Source: a virus
IMG/VR virus record: IMGVR_UViG_3300020227_000052
Location: 1-11,338 of that record
DNA: 11,338 nucleotides
Strand: one strand, 5' to 3'
The first letter of the stretch is position 1, and each line of letters opens with the position of its first letter. Below the pieces are notes generated by a model. That model worked only from the letters and a program-made list of their open reading frames with translations. It ran no database searches and had not been told where the DNA came from. The position numbers were made by a program, and so were the translations under genes. Positions 7,010 to 11,338 of the stretch are shown here, one piece after another.

Positions 7010-8209
7010 ATGAGAGTACAACAAATATATGAACTGATGAATAAATCAGTAGGGGAAGTATTAGGTCGAGAAGACGTTTTTAAAGAAGATTTATCAAACG
7101 TAGTAGACGTTGGTAAAGAGATTGTAGACACAGACAACGTAGATAATTACGTAAAGAAATTAGTAAACCACATTGGTAAGGTTATTTTTAACGACCGAGT
7201 TTATAAAGGTAATATTCCAAGCGTAGTTATGGACTCATGGGAATTCGGTTCTATCTTAGAAAAAATTAGTGCAGATATTCCTGAAGCATATGAAAACGAA
7301 TCTTGGCAGTTAGAAGACGGTAAACAATACAAACAAGATATTTTCTATCAACCGAAAGTATCAGCTAAATTCTTCAACAGTAAGGTAACTTTTGAAATTC
7401 CTATTTCATTTACTGAATTACAAGTTAAAGAATCATTCTCTAACCGTGAACAGTTAAACGGATTCTTATCTATGCTATTTAACCAAGTTGAAAATGCTAT
7501 GACTATTAAATTAGATAACCTAGTTATGAAAACTATCAACACTATGACAGCTGACACGTTAGCTGATGAATTAGGAAATGATTTATCTAAATCAGGTGTA
7601 CGTGCTATTAACCTATTAGCTTTATACAATGAGCAAAAAGGAACTAGCCTAACAGCTAAAGAGTCTTATAAAGACCCAGACTTTATTCGATTTGCTTCAT
7701 ACATGATTAGCTTACAAAAAGACCGTATGACTAAGATTTCAACACTATTCAACGGTGGTGGCAAAGAACGATTCACACCAAGTGAAAACTTATCAATCGT
7801 ATTGCTATCAGATTTTGCTAGTTCATCAAATGTATACCTAAATTCAGACGTATTCCATAATGAACTAACTTCATTACCAAACCATGAAACAGTTCCTTAT
7901 TGGCAAGGTTCAGGCAAAAATTATGATTTCGAAGACGTTTCAAAAATTAGTGTTAAAACAGCAAACAACGAAAACGTTACTACATCAGGTATCTTAGGTG
8001 TAATGTTCGACACTCAAGCAGTGGGCGTGGCAAACCTAGATAAACGTGTAACAACTAACTATAACGCAGCTGCTGAATTCTATACAAACTACTACAAAGC
8101 AGATGTAGGCTATTTCGTAGATAATAACGAAAACTATGTTGTTTTCTTTGTAGCAGACGGACAAGAACAAACAGAAACTCAAGCTAAAACTAAAACAGCT
8201 TCTAAATAG
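7010..8209 (+). CDS. Major capsid protein, phi29 gp8-like HK97-fold (399 aa)
   Basis: SD GGGAGTG at 6995-7001 lies 8 nt before ATG 7010. TAG stop. It has its own promoter and a strong terminator, as expected for the most abundant virion protein. The N-terminal VGKEIVDTDNVDNYVKKLVNHIGKVIFNDRVY and C-terminal AAEFYTNYYKADVGYF blocks resemble the gp8 pattern as I recall it. There is no Ig-like C-terminal domain. Confidence 0.85.
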   Translation: MRVQQIYELMNKSVGEVLGREDVFKEDLSNVVDVGKEIVDTDNVDNYVKKLVNHIGKVIFNDRVYKGNIPSVVMDSWEFGSILEKISADIPEAYENESWQLEDGKQYKQDIFYQPKVSAKFFNSKVTFEIPISFTELQVKESFSNREQLNGFLSMLFNQVENAMTIKLDNLVMKTINTMTADTLADELGNDLSKSGVRAINLLALYNEQKGTSLTAKESYKDPDFIRFASYMISLQKDRMTKISTLFNGGGKERFTPSENLSIVLLSDFASSSNVYLNSDVFHNELTSLPNHETVPYWQGSGKNYDFEDVSKISVKTANNENVTTSGILGVMFDTQAVGVANLDKRVTTNYNAAAEFYTNYYKADVGYFVDNNENYVVFFVADGQEQTETQAKTKTASK

Positions 8210-8218
8210 ATAAAGCCG

Positions 8219-8254
8219 AAAGGGTAGGGGACTTAAAGCCCTTACCCTTTTTTT
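8219..8254 (+). terminator. Rho-independent terminator after the capsid gene
   Basis: The stem AAAGGGTA-GGG (8219-8229) pairs with CCC-T-TACCCTTT (8239-8250), giving 12 bp with one bulged T and a 9-nt loop. It is followed by a T-run through 8254 (7 consecutive T from 8248). Confidence 0.85.
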
Positions 8255-8255
8255 A

Positions 8256-8705
8256 ATGCAAGGGGGAACACCATTGGAAATAAGATTATATTATACAAGA
8301 AATGCAAATAACACAATTAACAAAGTATTAGAAAATGAAAGGGTATTTCAAATCAATTTTAAAGATATTGCAGATGAAATAAACCCAACCGTTAAAATCA
8401 AACACAATGAGAAACTAAAAGTAAATTATGCTTATATACCAGACTTTGAAAGATATTATTTTATAACTGATATTGAAGTATATCCAACAGCTATCAATAC
8501 ATTAAGTTTAGAAGTAGACGTATTAGAATCATTCAAAGAAGATATTTTAGAATCTAATGCTACCGTTTCACGTTCTAAATATTCAAATGAATATTTTGAT
8601 GGTGGAGATTACAGAGCTGAAGAACGTAAAGAGCATATCATTTATGAGAGTGATACAGAGGTAGAGTTTGAAAATAACACAATATTGGTAACGATAGGAG
8701 GATAA
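8256..8705 (+). CDS. Tail knob protein, N-terminal-domain fragment (phi29 gp9 N-terminus-like), 149 aa
   Basis: KVNYAYIPDFERYYFITDIEVYPTAINTLSLEVDVLESF parallels the gp9 N-terminal block as I recall it (SYIMFQN..NKWFYAFVTELEF...HFEIDVLQTW). ATG 8256 abuts the terminator T-run and has no SD. The in-frame TTG at 8274 has SD AGGGGGA (8261-8267) 6 nt upstream and may be the real start. TAA stop at 8703-8705. Confidence 0.65.
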   Translation: MQGGTPLEIRLYYTRNANNTINKVLENERVFQINFKDIADEINPTVKIKHNEKLKVNYAYIPDFERYYFITDIEVYPTAINTLSLEVDVLESFKEDILESNATVSRSKYSNEYFDGGDYRAEERKEHIIYESDTEVEFENNTILVTIGG

Positions 8706-8708
8706 CAG

Positions 8709-10703
8709 ATGGGAATATATTGGGCTTTAAAGTTTATTAACGAAGATGACACAGCTACCTTTACGAAAACGACCCATTATATAGAAGAAGGAACAATAGT
8801 TACCGTAACTGCTAATGATGGTTATGTGTTAGATACAATTAAATTAGAAACACCATTCTATACAGAAACAGTACCAAGTTCAGTTGTACAAGGTAAGCAA
8901 GAAGTTGAATTCAATCCAAGAAAATATATCAGAGATACAGCTACAACTAAAAACCTCACAATGACCGTGACTACTTCAGAAGTAGAAGTAGGGCAAGTAG
9001 TAACCTATACGTATGATTTAGATGATGGATTATATTCAAAATTTGATAAAGATGTAGTAGAGAAAACAGATGTTATTGAAATAGGTGCTAAGGATTATTA
9101 CAGGTTTAAAGGTAATATAGAGGTTACATTGAACGATAAAACAAGTAACTACAACCTTGAAGATAACGAACTGTATTTTAGAGATGAAGGTAAAACCTTT
9201 GCTTTACGAATGGAAACTAAGTGGCGTGATGACCTAGAAAGTGTTCATATTAAAGCACGTTCAGAATCATTCGTAGAATATGCTATTCAGTTATCTAATG
9301 CAGTAACTAATTATTATCTGCCAGAGGTACAAGGTAATGAAGAGATTATAGTATCTGCAAAAGAGAACTATGATTTCAGAAATGGTGTGACAGTTGTTTA
9401 TACACGTAACGGTATTAACGAACGAATCAATTACACACCTAAAAACAACCCCGAATATTTCAGTGAAGACAGCATAGACTTTTATTTAAATATAGCTGAT
9501 GTATGGACTGATGACCTACAAAAAATTGAGGTTATAGCTAATGCTGAAGAGATACCACCACCAAAAGAAGCCTCTATAAGACTTGGACTAGAAAATGCTA
9601 CATCTAACATCACAGGTAAGCATATTAAAGAGAATGAAGATTTAGTGCTTACAGCTGATGAAGGCTTTGAGTTTGGTGATTTAATCAAGATAACCATAAC
9701 AAGACAATTAAACGTAGGTACGACACAAACATATCTCCCTAACTCTGCCAGTGATTCCAAGTATTTCAATGATGATAATACAGTATTCACGCTGAATATG
9801 AGTGAGATTTGGGATTATGATACGTATATCATTTTAGTTGAGGCAAGTGCCAAAGAATCATACAAAGGTGATGACGATGAAGACATCACAGACAGTTCTA
9901 CGGACTTTGCTAACATCTATTACGCTGATAGTGGTATCTTATCAAATATAGCCTCTGAACGTTTCTCTAAGGCACAGACAGATGGTTTAGAAGGACAGGG
10001 AGATTTACCGATAGATATGGGAAGTTATATATATCAAGTCTATAAATTCCCTCTGAAGTTCACAGATGATTTAATCAGTGAATCAGAAAGTAAAATAAGA
10101 ATGGGATTCTATCCATTAGAGAGTACAAGTCGTTACATGTTGAGAAGTCGAGTTAAATTCGATTTAGGTACGATTACAGTACCCGAAACATACCACAACA
10201 TTTACGACTATAGAGACACACAGTGCCTATTGCATGTACCGTATGCAGAGCCTATAGAGATTGAACCAACGTACGTTATAGGGCAAATGATAGACCTAGC
10301 CTATTTCTTAGACCTTTACAACGGTAAAGTAACGTTAGAAGTGTATTCCGATAAAATAGAAGGTGGATTAGTTCAACGTGAAGAAGTACCCGTTGTATTC
10401 GATATACCGTTCATGCAACCAGAGTACAATAGCGTAGTGAATAAGGTCGGGGGCTATATCAATAACAAGGTTAAAACACCTTACATTGAAGTAGTTAGAA
10501 ACATTCCATATGACCCTAGCACTATATTTGGTAAAGAAGGCAAAGAGTATGACAAGCTAAAAGAGTTTGAAGGTTATGTAGAAGTAGCAGACCTAGACTT
10601 ATCTACCAATGCAAAACGTGAAGAACAAGAACAAATAGAATCATTATTAAGTCAAGGCGTAATCATTAATAAACCACAAGAAAAAACTATAATTACTGAA
10701 TAA
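8709..10703 (+). CDS. Tail knob / receptor-binding tail protein: four tandem ~95-aa repeat domains plus a gp9-like C-terminal region (664 aa)
   Basis: SD AGGAGGA at 8696-8702 lies 6 nt before ATG 8709. TAA stop. It is in the same frame as 8256-8705, separated only by TAA-CAG. Residues ~5-383 form four repeats. The C-terminal end EGYVEVADLDLSTNAKREEQEQIESLLSQGVII resembles the gp9 C-terminal pattern as I recall it ([33 protein letters not shown]). Confidence 0.65.
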   Translation: MGIYWALKFINEDDTATFTKTTHYIEEGTIVTVTANDGYVLDTIKLETPFYTETVPSSVVQGKQEVEFNPRKYIRDTATTKNLTMTVTTSEVEVGQVVTYTYDLDDGLYSKFDKDVVEKTDVIEIGAKDYYRFKGNIEVTLNDKTSNYNLEDNELYFRDEGKTFALRMETKWRDDLESVHIKARSESFVEYAIQLSNAVTNYYLPEVQGNEEIIVSAKENYDFRNGVTVVYTRNGINERINYTPKNNPEYFSEDSIDFYLNIADVWTDDLQKIEVIANAEEIPPPKEASIRLGLENATSNITGKHIKENEDLVLTADEGFEFGDLIKITITRQLNVGTTQTYLPNSASDSKYFNDDNTVFTLNMSEIWDYDTYIILVEASAKESYKGDDDEDITDSSTDFANIYYADSGILSNIASERFSKAQTDGLEGQGDLPIDMGSYIYQVYKFPLKFTDDLISESESKIRMGFYPLESTSRYMLRSRVKFDLGTITVPETYHNIYDYRDTQCLLHVPYAEPIEIEPTYVIGQMIDLAYFLDLYNGKVTLEVYSDKIEGGLVQREEVPVVFDIPFMQPEYNSVVNKVGGYINNKVKTPYIEVVRNIPYDPSTIFGKEGKEYDKLKEFEGYVEVADLDLSTNAKREEQEQIESLLSQGVIINKPQEKTIITE

Positions 10704-10715
10704 CTTAATTTGATT

Positions 10716-10743
10716 TTGTAAAACTGTATAAATATGTTATATT
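10716..10743 (+). promoter_or_regulatory. Orphan sigma-A-type promoter downstream of the last gene (TTGTAA - 16 nt - TGtTATATT)
   Basis: -35 TTGTAA at 10716-10721, a 16-nt spacer with TG at 10735-10736, and -10 TATATT at 10738-10743. It shares TATATTATATA with the 3584 and 6959 promoters. No ORF follows. Confidence 0.55.
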
Positions 10744-10749
10744 ATATAT

Positions 10750-10835
10750 AGGTCAAGAAGTTATTCACTTCTTTTATGTTTTAAAATTTTATTTTTCATT
10801 TCCTAAGACTAGGTACCGCCACCTAGTCTTTTTTT
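10750..10835 (+). ncRNA. Candidate small non-coding RNA of about 85 nt (promoter-to-terminator unit without an ORF)
   Basis: The predicted start is near 10750. Hairpin 1 is AAGAAGT/ACTTCTT (10755-10761 pairs with 10767-10773, 5-nt loop). A U/A-rich linker contains the self-complementary TTTTAAAATTTT (10779-10790). Hairpin 2 is the terminator at 10805-10835. The longest ORF inside is 2 codons. Confidence 0.35.
10805..10835 (+). terminator. Rho-independent terminator at the end of the late region
   Basis: A perfect 10-bp stem AAGACTAGGT (10805-10814) pairs with ACCTAGTCTT (10821-10830) around the 6-nt loop ACCGCC. The T-run at 10829-10835 has 7 T. Confidence 0.88.
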
Positions 10836-10948
10836 ATATCTTCCATCACAACCCCACTCATCCTTTTAATATAAGCAAAGAAAAGAATTTAGGTATTAAC
10901 TATCCTATTTACTATTTAATCCTACAGAATAACTCACAGTTGCTTCTC

Positions 10949-11338
10949 TATACCCCTTAAAAAAAGATTTTACCTACATTCATTCCAATTTCATTCCACT
11001 TTAATTTTCCAATTGTCAACACTCTAATTACTCTATAAATTCCACTACAATTACTGCATATTTATTTACATTTTATTAATTTTATTGTATAGTTAGTGTA
11101 GGGCAGTTTATTGTTTATATTTTTATAACTATTCTCATTTTCTATTTTATCTGCCAATTACTTTTCATTTTACATTTCCATTTTCATATTACATTTATTT
11201 ATTTTAATTAATTTTATTATATATTTTCTTTCTATATTATTTTCATTCTATTTTATATTTTCCACAACTTTTATTATTATTTTATTTAATTTTATATTTA
11301 TATTATTGGGGAACTGGGTAATTTATTTTCTAGTGTGT
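10949..11338. repeat. Right inverted terminal repeat (ITR-R), 390 bp
   Basis: Exact reverse complement of 1-390, ending ...CTAGTGTGT-3'. Confidence 0.97.

Larger units (their letters stand above)
1..11338. mobile_element. Complete linear genome of a small phi29-like (protein-primed, podovirus-type) dsDNA phage
   Basis: Perfect 390-bp ITRs sit exactly at both window ends. A protein-primed PolB, gp16-like ATPase, gp10-like portal, gp8-like capsid and gp9-like tail knob are all present. All ten genes are co-oriented and tile 502-10703 with intergenic gaps of 1-87 bp. Confidence 0.85.

Noticed and set aside
1099-9790. Minus-strand ORFs in the six-frame track: 1099-1359, 4524-4730, 5043-5225, 7348-7629 and 9482-9790 (60-102 aa).
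   Set aside because: Each lies wholly antisense within a well-supported + strand gene. None has a convincing SD or promoter in the right position. Their products are Ser/Leu/Phe/Ile-rich low-complexity sequences, as expected from reading purine-rich coding DNA backwards. All real genes here are co-oriented.
10838-10948. The 111-bp unique spacer between the right terminator and ITR-R. On the minus strand it carries a promoter-like TGCTTATATT and a micro-ORF (ATGGAAGATATAAAAAAAGACTAG, 7 codons) preceded by GAGTGGGG.
   Set aside because: The TG is mis-spaced by 1 nt for an extended -10, and there is no -35. The ORF is too short to evaluate and runs into the terminator stem. The spacer's function remains unexplained, but I cannot support a feature call.
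391-10948. I looked for an integrase, transposase, att-like direct repeats, tRNA genes or toxin-antitoxin pairs that would mark an integrative or plasmid-like element.
   Set aside because: None was found. Every ORF of 60 aa or more on the coding strand is assigned to the phage replication or virion modules or is hypothetical. No cloverleaf-like GC-rich ~75-nt segment exists in this AT-rich sequence.

Overview
This 11,338-bp window is a self-contained linear replicon, not a chromosomal fragment. Bases 1-390 are the exact reverse complement of 10949-11338 (checked by eye across all 390 positions), giving perfect 390-bp inverted terminal repeats (ITRs) that begin 5'-ACACAC. Between them lie ten tightly packed genes, all on the + strand. 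They have strong Firmicute-style Shine-Dalgarno (SD) sites, only TAA/TAG stops and only TGG for Trp. The sequence is AT-rich.

The gene content is that of a miniature phi29-like (protein-primed, short-tailed) phage:
- an XRE-type HTH regulator
- a 212-aa basic/acidic protein in the terminal-protein position
- a protein-primed family-B DNA polymerase with all Exo and Pol motifs visible
- a gp16-like packaging ATPase
- a gp10-like portal with a roughly 110-aa acidic tail
- a small acidic, scaffold-like protein
- a 210-aa protein of unknown function
- a gp8-like major capsid protein
- a gp9-like tail knob split into two in-frame ORFs, the second carrying four tandem ~95-aa repeat domains

Transcription signals are a near-consensus early promoter just inside the left ITR, a family of extended -10 promoters (TGnTATATTATATA) heading the packaging and capsid modules, a strong intrinsic terminator after the capsid gene, and an orphan promoter-to-terminator unit of about 85 nt with no ORF at the right end.

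The points most worth follow-up are the split, repeat-bearing tail knob, the candidate small RNA, the long structured ITRs with an (AC)3 terminus, and the complete absence of any recognisable holin, endolysin or transmembrane protein. I see no tRNA, CRISPR, integrase or transposase. All homology statements come from motif recognition and memory of phi29-family proteins, not from searches.
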